DNA from: Candidatus Bathyarchaeota archaeon | GTDB lineage: Archaea > Thermoproteota > Bathyarchaeia > Bathyarchaeales > Bathycorpusculaceae | NCBI GenBank assembly: GCA_963782525.1 | Contig: CAWAKC010000009.1 | Coordinates: 160,001-224,000, forward strand | Direction of reading: 5' to 3' | Length of the DNA: 64,000 nucleotides | Shown here: positions 28,640-39,364 of the stretch, piece after piece | How positions within the stretch are numbered: the first letter of the stretch is position 1 | Layout: every line of letters begins with the position of its first letter | Position numbers and translations under genes: made by a program | The notes under the pieces: generated by a model | Seen by the model: only the letters and a program-made list of their open reading frames with translations | Database searches by the model: none | Told to the model about the DNA's origin: nothing

Positions 28640-30334
28640 TTGATGAGTGAAAAAGACGTAACGAAATTCCTGCAGCTTTTAGGTTTATCTAAAAGAGAAA
28701 TTCAAGTTTACATGTTCCTCGCTAAAAGCGGTGTCCAATCAACCAGCTTCGTTGCAAAACGTCTCAAGATGGAACGTGTGCAGGCTTACCGTACATTCAA
28801 GAAACTGCAGGAAAAAGGATTCATCGAAGCCACCTTAGAGAGACCCACCAGATTCACGATTGTTCCTTTTGAAGCGTTAGTTGACAATTTCATCACCGCC
28901 AAAAAGAACGAGGTCGTCAACCTAAACGACCAAAAAACAAGCCTGTTAACCTCGTGGCAATCAATCAGCGCGCCTGAATCAGAATACCCCGTCGCCAAAT
29001 TCTCAATTATAACGGGCAAGAAAAAGATTCATACCAAAATGATTAACATGATTGAAGAATCCAAATCTGAAGTAATCGTGTTAACCACAGCGTTGGGTTT
29101 GATTCAGGAGGACATTGCAGGAATCTTTGATGCCGCAATAACTCCATCCCAAGAACACAATGTTCAAACCCAAATAATCACGGAAATTTCCCCAGAAAAC
29201 CTCAAAGTAGTGGAAAGAATAGACCGCAACATCGTCGAAGACAAACTCAACATTAAACTTCGCCATGTCGGCATGAGCTCCAAGTTTTTCCCCAGATTCC
29301 TAATCAAAGACGAAGAAGAAGCCATACTCTATGCACCCTTCGGAAACGAAGCGTCTGTTTTAAACCTTGAAGATGAAGGTTTATGGATTAACGACAAAAT
29401 GTTCATATCTGTTTTGAAAGCGTTTTTTGTTCAGATGTGGCAGAGCGGAGTAGACGCTTCAAAACGCATAGAAGAGCTAAAGAGCGGAATTCCAATCGGC
29501 GAAACAATAGTCATCAAAAGCGTCGAGGAAGCATGGAACAAAGTAACCAAGATTTTGGATTCAGCCAAAAAAGACGTCGTAGTCATCACATCTTCACAGA
29601 GCATTAACCGCCTTGCTGAAGACGACCCCATCGTAAAATACTTCAGAAAAGGCTTAAACACCCGCATAATGGCGTCCATCGATTTAGACAACCTTGAACC
29701 CGCCCAAAAACTGGCAAAAGACTACGAAGTTAAACATGTACCCATCAGCTACATGACCATGATGCTTGTTGACAACAAACACCTCTTCATGTTTAAGATG
29801 CCGCCTCTAAGTGACTTCGGCACAGAATCCGCCTTCTACTTAGCTGACACCTTCTACTCCAGCGACCCCAGCCAAATTGAAAGAGTAAGCGAAATGCTAG
29901 ACGACATCTGGAAACGTGGCATAGACATATCAGAGATTAGTAGCCAAGCCGGCACAAAGCTTCCAACGCTAGAAGTTGCCTCCACAGAAACCGTGGCTAA
30001 AACTGTTGGCAAAATGCTGCAGACCAGTGCGACATCAGTTTTAATTACTGAACAGCACAAACCCATCGGCGTAATCAACGATCGAGAACTACTACGAGAA
30101 GTCGTTGATGCCCGAAAAGACCCATTGAAGACACTTGCAAAAGACACCAATTACACCCCACTCATTATCCTTGAAGGGGACGAATCTATGATTACAGCGA
30201 TGAAAATTATGACTGAAAGAGGCTTCAAACGTGCAGCTATGGTTAAAAACGGGCAATTAATCGGCATGTTAACAGAAGAAGCAGCCAAAAAAGTGGCTCT
30301 GCAAATTAAACCCTCCGCCAAAAAAGTTCCTTAG
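28640..30334 (+). CDS. TrmB-family transcriptional regulator with tandem effector domains and C-terminal CBS pair
   Basis: LGLSKREIQVY..YRxxKKLQEKG HTH; two similar internal domains; CBS-like GVINDRE and IGMLT. Confidence 0.85.
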   Translation: MMSEKDVTKFLQLLGLSKREIQVYMFLAKSGVQSTSFVAKRLKMERVQAYRTFKKLQEKGFIEATLERPTRFTIVPFEALVDNFITAKKNEVVNLNDQKTSLLTSWQSISAPESEYPVAKFSIITGKKKIHTKMINMIEESKSEVIVLTTALGLIQEDIAGIFDAAITPSQEHNVQTQIITEISPENLKVVERIDRNIVEDKLNIKLRHVGMSSKFFPRFLIKDEEEAILYAPFGNEASVLNLEDEGLWINDKMFISVLKAFFVQMWQSGVDASKRIEELKSGIPIGETIVIKSVEEAWNKVTKILDSAKKDVVVITSSQSINRLAEDDPIVKYFRKGLNTRIMASIDLDNLEPAQKLAKDYEVKHVPISYMTMMLVDNKHLFMFKMPPLSDFGTESAFYLADTFYSSDPSQIERVSEMLDDIWKRGIDISEISSQAGTKLPTLEVASTETVAKTVGKMLQTSATSVLITEQHKPIGVINDRELLREVVDARKDPLKTLAKDTNYTPLIILEGDESMITAMKIMTERGFKRAAMVKNGQLIGMLTEEAAKKVALQIKPSAKKVP

Positions 30335-30479
30335 CCCATTTGCCTTCTCTTTTTTGGAAAGCAAACAATTATTTTTCTTAACATTAATTGATTTTAGAAG
30401 TTGACGGTTATTACTAAAATACCAACAATTACCCCTTTTACACCAAACTTCTAAATACCAAAACCAATCATAACCAAAA

Positions 30480-30740
30480 TTGAGGGATTCACTGTTGGCA
30501 AGTACAGTATCCAAAATATCAATTTTTTACGGGGTTCTATGGCTTCTATCAGTTTTTTTTCAGAACACAATTTACTCAACAGCCATTTCTGGTTTTGGCG
30601 TAATTCTCCTTATCGTTGTTGCGATCGGATTAGCTGGCGTGTTTGGCGAAAATGACGAAAACAATCTAAAATTTAAGACTGAAATAGAGAACTTACGCAG
30701 AGAAATTAACGAGTTAAAAGAAATAAAAAATAGGCTTTGA
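30480..30740 (+). CDS. Small hypothetical membrane protein with coiled-coil tail
   Basis: Two hydrophobic helices followed by heptad-like EIENLRREINELKE. Confidence 0.5.
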   Translation: MRDSLLASTVSKISIFYGVLWLLSVFFQNTIYSTAISGFGVILLIVVAIGLAGVFGENDENNLKFKTEIENLRREINELKEIKNRL

Positions 30741-30830
30741 AATCTTTAATATTTAAACATAACAAAAGCATCCTCGCTGCAATTCAGAAACAGAAGCCAT
30801 TCGAGTCCCACTCGCTATCTTCAACGGTAA

Positions 30831-31596
<766 letters not shown>

Positions 31597-31609
31597 CGCG
31601 TGAGCGCAA

Positions 31610-32491
31610 TTGAAGGTTGAACCTGAATGTGAATCGTGTCTGCTTTCGCGGGCACAAATACAAACCTACCAAGCCACCACAAACCCCGCATTACGTTTTA
31701 GGTGCTTAGCAGAAATCACGAAGTTGCTAAACCGCGAATTCAAACCGACCTCAGTGGCGGCAGATATAGGAACAAAACGAGACCGCATAATCCGCCAATT
31801 AACAAGCAACAACGACCCCTACAAATACAACAAAAAACTCGCCAATGAAAAAGCCCTCAAAATGCGTCCCCACGCAAAAAAATATGTTGAATCAGGCATC
31901 AACCAGCAGGAACGCTTCAAAAAAGCCTGTTTGTGCGCCATCGTTGGTAACATAATGGAGTTTGATATTCCAGGTCATAAATTTACCTTGAAGAGTCTGG
32001 CAGGGGTTCTTCGGGAAGCAGCTAAAGACCTTGCAATCGACGACATCGATAAGGCTTATGAATTAGCCAAGAAGGCAAACAGCGTCTTATTTTTGGCTGA
32101 TAACGCCGGTGAAATTGTCTTTGACACACTCTTAGTTGAGCAACTCAAGAACATGGGATTAAAAGTTACCTACGTCGTTAAAGGCGGACCCGTAATCAAC
32201 GACGCCACCATAGAAGACGTAGAAATCTCCAACATGGATAAACTTGCCGACGAAGTCATAACCACAGGCTGCGACGCAGTTGGCTTACAGAAAAAAGAAG
32301 CCTCCCCAGAATTCCTAAAAGTCTACGACGCCGCCGAACTCATCTTCGCCAAAGGCATGGGCTACGCAGAAACCCTTACCGAGTACAAACTCACAAAACC
32401 ACACTTGCTAATGTTCCGCACCAAATGCGTGCCCGTCGCAAACTATTTCTGTGTTCCACGCGATAAGAACATAGCAAAGTTGATGCCATAG
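31610..32491 (+). CDS. DUF89 / ARMT1-like metal-dependent phosphatase
   Basis: CxxC N-terminus, DPY, GNxxE/D, DNAGEIVFD, NDAT, KGMGYxE. Confidence 0.88.
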   Translation: MKVEPECESCLLSRAQIQTYQATTNPALRFRCLAEITKLLNREFKPTSVAADIGTKRDRIIRQLTSNNDPYKYNKKLANEKALKMRPHAKKYVESGINQQERFKKACLCAIVGNIMEFDIPGHKFTLKSLAGVLREAAKDLAIDDIDKAYELAKKANSVLFLADNAGEIVFDTLLVEQLKNMGLKVTYVVKGGPVINDATIEDVEISNMDKLADEVITTGCDAVGLQKKEASPEFLKVYDAAELIFAKGMGYAETLTEYKLTKPHLLMFRTKCVPVANYFCVPRDKNIAKLMP

Positions 32492-34546
32492 ATGAATTTA
32501 CCCGCCATAACTTTTCCAAAAGAATCATTTTCTCGTTTTAGTAGCCTTTTAGAGAAGGAATGGCTGATAACCAACGGCTTAGGTGGCTATGCTTCTTCCT
32601 CTGTGCCGGGAATTAACACGCGTAAGTACCATGCTCTATTGGTTGCCGCGTTGGATCCTCCTGGAAATCGTACCGTTTGCCTCTCAAAACTCGACGAGGA
32701 CATTTTGGTGGGCGATGATGTTTTTAGGTTGGGCTCCACCGAGTTTCATGACGTGATCTATCCTGAAGGTTACAAACTGATTAAAGAGTTTTCAGTAAAT
32801 CCTTTCCCAAAGTATAACTACGAATTAGGACATGTGCAGGTTAACAAAACTCTTTTTATGCCTAAAAACAAGAACGCCATCGCAATAACCTATAAAATAT
32901 CGAACCAAAACAATTCAGATGCCACGGTTAGGCTTTATCCACTTTTAACATGCAGATATTACCACACCGTAATCTACCAATCAAAAGCCCCATTGAATTT
33001 TACTCTAAAGAGCGCAGACGCACAGTTCCAAGTGACTTTTCAGCGTCCCCAAGCGACAATTATCTGTCGCTCAACGGAGGGAGCGTTCAAGGAAGGCGTG
33101 AACTGGTTAAACCATATCCATTACCGCGACGAGTTGATGCGAGGCGAATCAGATGTTGATGACTGTTTCCAGCCAGGAATTTTTGAGTTGAAGGTGCCTG
33201 CTGGTGCTGAGAAAGAGTTTGCGATAACCTGTGCGATGAGCCATGTAAGCGGACAAGTCCAAGAAATAATGGATTCCATCGGAAACACAATCACCGCAAT
33301 AAAAAACCTCTACAGACAGGAACTAACCCAAAAATCAGAGTTACTTTCCAATTTTCACCATGATCGCCCTCAGGTACCGATGAGTGATTGGCTAAACTGG
33401 ATTCTACTTGCCGCCGACTCCTTTATAGTTGATAACGGTGCTGGCAAAAAGGCAGTGATCGCAGGCTACCATTGGTTTGAAGCTTGGGGCAGGGATACCT
33501 TCATTTCGTTGCCTGGGCTCATGCTTGTTACTGGTAGGTATGGCGACGCAAAAGATATCCTGCGAACATTCATTGGGTACGCTAAGAGCGGTTTGATTCC
33601 CAATTTTGTCTCCGACAAATCAGGCATCCCCGTCTACGACACAGTCGATGCCACCCTCTGGTATGTTAACTCTGTCGTGCAATACGCCAAGTACACAGGT
33701 GACTTTGGTTTTGTCAAAGATGAGCTCTGGGAAAAGTTGAAGGGCATAGTTGAGAACCATCAAAGAGGCACATTATTTGGCATTCGTATGGATAGTGACG
33801 GCTTGCTTATGCATGGTCCAAGGCTTACGTGGATGGATGCCGCTGTTGGAAACGACGTCATTACCCCTCGAACCGGAAAAGCCGTGGAAATTCAAGCCCT
33901 CTGGTATAACGCCCTGAAAGCTATGGAGTTGTTTGCAAACAAATTTGAGGCGCCCGACTTAGCCGGAAAATACGCGGATATGGCGAGTCAAGCTCAAAAG
34001 AGTTTTAGCGAGAAATTCTGGAACCCAAAAGAAAACTGTCTCTTCGACGTCATCGATGACAAAGCTCCCGACGCTTCGATTCGTCCCAACCAGATATTCG
34101 CAGTTTCCCTTGACTATGAAATGCTTGACAACGAAAAAAGCCGCCGCGTCGTCGAAGTCGTGAACCGCGAACTGGTGACGCCCCATGGATTGAAGACGTT
34201 GTCGGTTAGCGACCCCAAATTCGTAGGCAAATGTTCTGGCGACAGCAGAAGCAGAGATAGGGCATACCATAACGGCACAATCTGGCCATGGCTACTAGGA
34301 CCATTCGTCACGGCGTATCTAAAAGTCAACGAATACACCCCACAGGCAAAGCAGCAAATGCTCGAAAACCTCATCCTGCCCCTCTTCACCGTCGGAATCC
34401 ACCAAGGCGGCTTAGGCACAATAAACGAAATCTACGACTGCGACCCCCCAAACGCACCAAGAGGCTGCATCTCCCAAGCATGGAGCGTCGCCGAACCATT
34501 ACGAGCCTACATAGAAGACATATTACAGGTTAAACCAAAATTTTGA
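32492..34546 (+). CDS. Glycogen debranching enzyme (amylo-alpha-1,6-glucosidase)
   Basis: EWLITNGLGGYA, AGYHWF..WGRDTFI, LTWMDA, RPNQ, YHNGTIWPW, QAWSVAE. Confidence 0.93.
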   Translation: MNLPAITFPKESFSRFSSLLEKEWLITNGLGGYASSSVPGINTRKYHALLVAALDPPGNRTVCLSKLDEDILVGDDVFRLGSTEFHDVIYPEGYKLIKEFSVNPFPKYNYELGHVQVNKTLFMPKNKNAIAITYKISNQNNSDATVRLYPLLTCRYYHTVIYQSKAPLNFTLKSADAQFQVTFQRPQATIICRSTEGAFKEGVNWLNHIHYRDELMRGESDVDDCFQPGIFELKVPAGAEKEFAITCAMSHVSGQVQEIMDSIGNTITAIKNLYRQELTQKSELLSNFHHDRPQVPMSDWLNWILLAADSFIVDNGAGKKAVIAGYHWFEAWGRDTFISLPGLMLVTGRYGDAKDILRTFIGYAKSGLIPNFVSDKSGIPVYDTVDATLWYVNSVVQYAKYTGDFGFVKDELWEKLKGIVENHQRGTLFGIRMDSDGLLMHGPRLTWMDAAVGNDVITPRTGKAVEIQALWYNALKAMELFANKFEAPDLAGKYADMASQAQKSFSEKFWNPKENCLFDVIDDKAPDASIRPNQIFAVSLDYEMLDNEKSRRVVEVVNRELVTPHGLKTLSVSDPKFVGKCSGDSRSRDRAYHNGTIWPWLLGPFVTAYLKVNEYTPQAKQQMLENLILPLFTVGIHQGGLGTINEIYDCDPPNAPRGCISQAWSVAEPLRAYIEDILQVKPKF

Positions 34547-34547
34547 A

Positions 34548-36428
34548 TTAAGGACAGCGTTTTTTGAAGTAAACAATTAAACCTGCAGCGATAGCTAGCA
34601 CTGTAACTGCAAAGATAGCAGCAATTGTTGCAGTTGGGAAAGTCTGCTGCTCAATCGTTCCATAGCCAAAGGGTGTGTATTGCTCATTTGTGTCATAATC
34701 TTTGAAATAACCCGGAATATTATTGAAGTGGTCAGTAAATCCTCCAATAAAGTAGAGAGTATCATTTACGACCGCGATACTTAGGTATTGACGATTGACG
34801 GGAGGATTAGTGCCAAATGTCCAATTATTATTGGCTGGGTCGTAAACTTGAAGATAAGATCCATCATATGCGTAGATTTGTTTTGGAGCCATTACGCCGG
34901 TTGTCGCGGCAGCCGAGGCTGCAATGCCATTTGCGCCTCCAGGATAAATATTTATTGAGGAGGGCGCGTCGATGCTCCAAGTATCTGTTTTAGGGTCGTA
35001 AATTTGAGTCAACCCTGGACCTATAACATATATTTTGTTGTTAACTACTGCTGAGACGTAACCAGCAGGGTTGGGCATAGGCGACTTAGTAGTCCATGTG
35101 TCACTTGATGGGTCATAAACTTCTGTTACATTTAACGTTTGGGAGCCTTGATTGTAACCTTCGTTCCATTTCTCTCCACCCATAGCGTAGATTTTGCCAT
35201 CTATAACGTTAGCCTGCAAACCATACCTTGTTGTGGGCATGGGTGCTTTGGTTTCCCAAGAATCGGTTGCGGGATTATAGACCTCATTTATCCCGCTGCT
35301 TCCGTTTCCGTTTAAACCGCCTATACAGTAAATTTTGTTTTGGAAGACTGCGATGGCGAAGCTTTGCTCGGGAGTGGGATTTGCCGATTTTGTAATCCAC
35401 ATATCGGTTGCTGGATCATATTCTTCGTTTGTTCCAATCGGTCCGCTTCCTCCGATAGCGTATATCTTCCCGTTTGCTACTGCGACTTCTAGAAACCCTC
35501 TTGCCGTTGGCATAGGTGCCTTCTCGGTCCAAGAGTTCTCGACGGCTAAAGCTCTAGAGTTGGTTGGTGTCGGTGTTGGACTGGACTCTATTTGTGGAAC
35601 ACCATGGAATGGTTCCATAAGTGGATAGTCGTCTTTATTCTGAGCATCAATGTAGTAGGGGGTGTTACCTATTCCAGAGTTTTCCATCACGCTGGCGCTG
35701 GGATATTTTGTGTGGTAGTCACTCCAGTAGTTACCGCCACTGGGAAAACCATTATCCCACACGTTTATAGAATTAGTATTGTATGTTTGATAATAATTGT
35801 TGACAATATTGTTGTAGTAGACCTTATTGTTGGAGGCTTCACCAAAGCAGATTCCCGTTGTGTAAGGACTCCGTCGGGAGTCACTCGTTATGTTGTTTTG
35901 CACAATTAAGTTAGATGAGGTGTTGATACACTCTATTCCAACAAGATTGGACATGAGATTATTTTGATTAATTATGTTAGAATTTCCTCCTCTGACATGG
36001 ATTCCCGCGAAAATTATACCATTCAAAGCCTGAACGCTCCAAAAACCTGTTACTGTATTATTGACAATGAGATTATTTGTTGCATTATCAAGCGACAAAC
36101 CAATCGTTTCGGTGAATTCGTTTTTCATTGTCACTACAAAGTTTTTGACTGTTACATTTAATGTGCTTTGCAATAAGAGACTTGATACAGCATGTCCGCT
36201 TCCATCAAAAACAATACTGTTTGCATTTACCGTAATGCTTCCAACAATGTCACTGGTTAAATAGAAAATAGTGCTCTTTTTTTGTATTGGTGCCGTTGAG
36301 GGATTTATGCTGAAATCAGCGTTTATTGTGATATTGCCTTGATATTGGGCGTTAATGGGCTGGATGAAGGCTATTCCTAAAGTCATAAGGGTTATCAGGA
36401 TTAGGGTGAGGGCGAGGGTTTTTTTCAT
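34548..36428 (-). CDS. Surface protein: NosD-like beta-helix + Kelch propeller + TM anchor
   Basis: Signal peptide, GGNYWSDY/DDYPL, repeated KIYxIGG..YDPxTDxW units, C-terminal TM. Confidence 0.88.
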   Translation of the reverse strand: MKKTLALTLILITLMTLGIAFIQPINAQYQGNITINADFSINPSTAPIQKKSTIFYLTSDIVGSITVNANSIVFDGSGHAVSSLLLQSTLNVTVKNFVVTMKNEFTETIGLSLDNATNNLIVNNTVTGFWSVQALNGIIFAGIHVRGGNSNIINQNNLMSNLVGIECINTSSNLIVQNNITSDSRRSPYTTGICFGEASNNKVYYNNIVNNYYQTYNTNSINVWDNGFPSGGNYWSDYHTKYPSASVMENSGIGNTPYYIDAQNKDDYPLMEPFHGVPQIESSPTPTPTNSRALAVENSWTEKAPMPTARGFLEVAVANGKIYAIGGSGPIGTNEEYDPATDMWITKSANPTPEQSFAIAVFQNKIYCIGGLNGNGSSGINEVYNPATDSWETKAPMPTTRYGLQANVIDGKIYAMGGEKWNEGYNQGSQTLNVTEVYDPSSDTWTTKSPMPNPAGYVSAVVNNKIYVIGPGLTQIYDPKTDTWSIDAPSSINIYPGGANGIAASAAATTGVMAPKQIYAYDGSYLQVYDPANNNWTFGTNPPVNRQYLSIAVVNDTLYFIGGFTDHFNNIPGYFKDYDTNEQYTPFGYGTIEQQTFPTATIAAIFAVTVLAIAAGLIVYFKKRCP

Positions 36429-36485
36429 TTGCGCATTTTACCCAACTCAAGGCTAGACTATTTTTAGATATATGGTTTTTGGAGC

Positions 36486-37535
36486 TTAGTGTTTTAGTGC
36501 GTTTCTAAGGGTTTCTGCAGCGGTTTCTGGCGTAACCGTGTTAATGTAGCATCCAGTGCTTTTCTCGAATCCTGCCCAAGTTGCCAGTTTGGGGTAGACT
36601 TCTAGGTGCCAGTGGTAGCTGTCTTGGGCTTCGGGGTTTAGGGATAGGTGGATCCCGTAATTGTATGGTGGATCGTTAACGAGGGTTTTTAGGGCTTTGA
36701 GACTGGCTTTGAGAGTTTTTGCGAATGCACTGATTTCGGGTGCTGTCAGGTTTAAAATGTTAGCTGCATGTTTTTTGGGCAGTATCCAAAACTCCATCGG
36801 ATTAATACTTGCGTAGGGCGCCAAAACCACAAAATCGCTGTCTTCAGAAACCAACCGTGGACCCTGCGCTTCGCCCTCGATGATATCACAGAAGATGCAT
36901 TTGCCATGGTCCTCGTAAAAGGGTTGGCTGGCTTTCTGCTCCTCTCGGACTGTCGTGGGAACCATGGGAGTCGCGATTATTTGGCTGTGCGCATGAGACA
37001 GCGATGCGCCTGCTTCCAAGCCTTGATTACGAAAAATCGAAACGTACTTGACATAGGACTTTGCACTAAGCTCTCTGAACCTGTCGACGTAAGCTTTTAT
37101 TACTAGTTCCAACTGAGGTAATTCTGCGTCCGCCGGGTCCTCACCGTGATTAGGAGACTCAATAATTACCTCATGGTGGCCAACTGCATCCCATAGATAA
37201 TCGCTTTTGACGATTTTTGCTGTGTCTGCAGGTTGTTTGGGTAGGCTGAAAGCAGGGTACAAGTTTGGAATGACGCGGACCAGCCAATTTTTTGGGCGCT
37301 CACCAGTCAGAGGGTCTTGGCTCCGTTTTACTTCGCCGTTCTCTTTTGTGTAGAGCATAACTGCAGGAGGTGTCATGTTTTCGTTGCCCATGCACATCGG
37401 GCAGGTATCTGTTTTGGCTGTTTCGGCTTTGGGCTTGCTAAGGTCAGTGGGACGGCGGCTGCGTTCGGTGGCGATGACGACCCAGCGGTCAAGCAAGTAA
37501 TCTTTTCGTAGTTCATTATAAGGCATACAAAACAA
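36486..37535 (-). CDS. galT: Galactose-1-phosphate uridylyltransferase family protein
   Basis: ELRKD..WVVI..ER, CPMC, PNLYP, GASLSHAHSQ, CIFC, HWHLE, GFE. Confidence 0.9.
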   Translation of the reverse strand: MFCMPYNELRKDYLLDRWVVIATERSRRPTDLSKPKAETAKTDTCPMCMGNENMTPPAVMLYTKENGEVKRSQDPLTGERPKNWLVRVIPNLYPAFSLPKQPADTAKIVKSDYLWDAVGHHEVIIESPNHGEDPADAELPQLELVIKAYVDRFRELSAKSYVKYVSIFRNQGLEAGASLSHAHSQIIATPMVPTTVREEQKASQPFYEDHGKCIFCDIIEGEAQGPRLVSEDSDFVVLAPYASINPMEFWILPKKHAANILNLTAPEISAFAKTLKASLKALKTLVNDPPYNYGIHLSLNPEAQDSYHWHLEVYPKLATWAGFEKSTGCYINTVTPETAAETLRNALKH

Positions 37536-37656
37536 GAAGAGCGCGGGTCATTTTAGCGTTTCTAAGCCGGTATTGCTCCGTGTTTGAATGAGTGGCTGGA
37601 AGGTTTTATATCCCCTACATACAATAGTGAGAATTCAATTTTAATCAGCTGAGAAC

Positions 37657-39261
37657 ATGATTGACCCGCCAAGTTCACCACGTGGAGGCAAAGTTAAGGA
37701 AGCCTTAAACAAGTGGCAAGTGACTTTTCTGGTTTTTGCCATCGCATACCTCGTCGTCTTGCTTTTGAACTTAACGAATTTGCCGATGCAATGGGACGAA
37801 GTAACCCACCTAAACGGCGCCTTGACCCTAAACGCGGGACATTTCGGCAATTATGTTTCCAATGCCTTCTACCCCCCACTCTTCGACTTGGCAACGGCTG
37901 TTTCTTTCCAAGCATTCGGAGCAAGCCTGTTTTCTGCGCGGTTGGTTTCTGCAGTGTTCTCGGTGTTGTCGCTCTGGGCAGTGTTTGAACTCACTTACAG
38001 CATGTACAATGGAAAAACCGCCCTCCTCGCAGCTGTTCTTTTGGGAATTATGCCAGGATACTTTTGGCTCAGCCGACTGGCGCTACTCGAAACCATGCTT
38101 CTGTTCTTTGTTACATTGGCGCTTCTCTTCTTTTTCCGTTGGCTCCAAAACAAACAAGACAAGTATCTGGTTTTCTCTGGTTTAGCGGTTGGCTTAGGGT
38201 TTTTAACTAAGTACCAAGCGGTTGTGGCTGGAGTAATAATGGTCGCTACCTTGCTGTTTTTGGTTCGTGGACAATTGAAGCGGGCGTTCTCACAGTTTAC
38301 ACTTGCTATTGTTACGGCTGTGCTAGTGGTTGTTCCATGGATAGTCATAGCTTACCAAGTGTACGCATCAAAAATCTTCAGCCAATGGCTCTACGCCCTG
38401 CAAGTTGGCAACCCAGAAAAATCAGTTTACAGCGACCGTTACCCTTCACCAATCTTCTACCTAATAGACATAGTTTGGCCCTACAACAACTTCCATCCCA
38501 TCTCCATCTTCATCTACGCTTTGGGTTTGGCGGGTTTGGGCTTTCTCGTATGGCGCCACAATAAAGGCGATTCGTTCACTATCATAACGTTTGCAAGTGT
38601 GTTTGTCTTTTTTACATTCATAACCAACAAAGAATGGCGTTATGTGCTGCCATTGTTCTCCGTTTTGGCTATTTCAGCTGCAGTCTTCATTCTCTTTCTC
38701 TATGGCAAAGTTGACGCTGCATGGAAACAAAGAGTTAAGATTGACAAAAAGAAATCGGCGAAGCTTGCAGCTGGCTTGTTTATCATTTTGGTTGCGGGAG
38801 CGATGGCTTACAGCATAAACGACGCCTACACAATAACCTCATACTACAATATCCAAATCCAAATTGAACCCGCAACCCTATACGCTATGAACCACATACA
38901 GAACAACCAAACAATCATGGTGCTGTGCCCCTTCAACTTTTTCAGCCAAGACATGGTACGATTCTACCTCACTAAAAACGGAAACACCCAAATCCAAACC
39001 TACCAATACCCACTCCTCCCCACAGACACCTACACACCCAACTTCAACATCACTGAACTAATCAGCCAATGCAAACAGAACAACGTAAAATACATCTTCA
39101 CCTACGAACAAGGCGGAACCTTCCCATACTACAACACCACGCTAACACCGCAGCAAGTTTTCGAGCAACTCTATGCATCAGGAAACTTTACCCACATTTC
39201 AGATGAAACCACATTCGGCTCAAACCCAAGACGAATCTTTGTTTTGACCTTCACAGATTAG
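37657..39261 (+). CDS. GT-C glycosyltransferase (ArnT/PMT family)
   Basis: WDE, YPPLF, LGFLTK, RYVLP motifs; many TM helices. Confidence 0.85.
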   Translation: MIDPPSSPRGGKVKEALNKWQVTFLVFAIAYLVVLLLNLTNLPMQWDEVTHLNGALTLNAGHFGNYVSNAFYPPLFDLATAVSFQAFGASLFSARLVSAVFSVLSLWAVFELTYSMYNGKTALLAAVLLGIMPGYFWLSRLALLETMLLFFVTLALLFFFRWLQNKQDKYLVFSGLAVGLGFLTKYQAVVAGVIMVATLLFLVRGQLKRAFSQFTLAIVTAVLVVVPWIVIAYQVYASKIFSQWLYALQVGNPEKSVYSDRYPSPIFYLIDIVWPYNNFHPISIFIYALGLAGLGFLVWRHNKGDSFTIITFASVFVFFTFITNKEWRYVLPLFSVLAISAAVFILFLYGKVDAAWKQRVKIDKKKSAKLAAGLFIILVAGAMAYSINDAYTITSYYNIQIQIEPATLYAMNHIQNNQTIMVLCPFNFFSQDMVRFYLTKNGNTQIQTYQYPLLPTDTYTPNFNITELISQCKQNNVKYIFTYEQGGTFPYYNTTLTPQQVFEQLYASGNFTHISDETTFGSNPRRIFVLTFTD

Positions 39262-39364
39262 GCTGAATTGAGTTCTCAAAATATAGAGATGTTCATAGGT
39301 GCTTTTCGGAGTTTGAGTATATGCAAAAGGGAGTATAGAAAAAAAATCGCGACTAACGTCTAGC

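Noticed and set aside
30799-30815. TTCGAGTCCCACTCGC resembling a tRNA T-arm or att remnant
   Set aside because: No cloverleaf, 5' T-stem or integrase; too short to support
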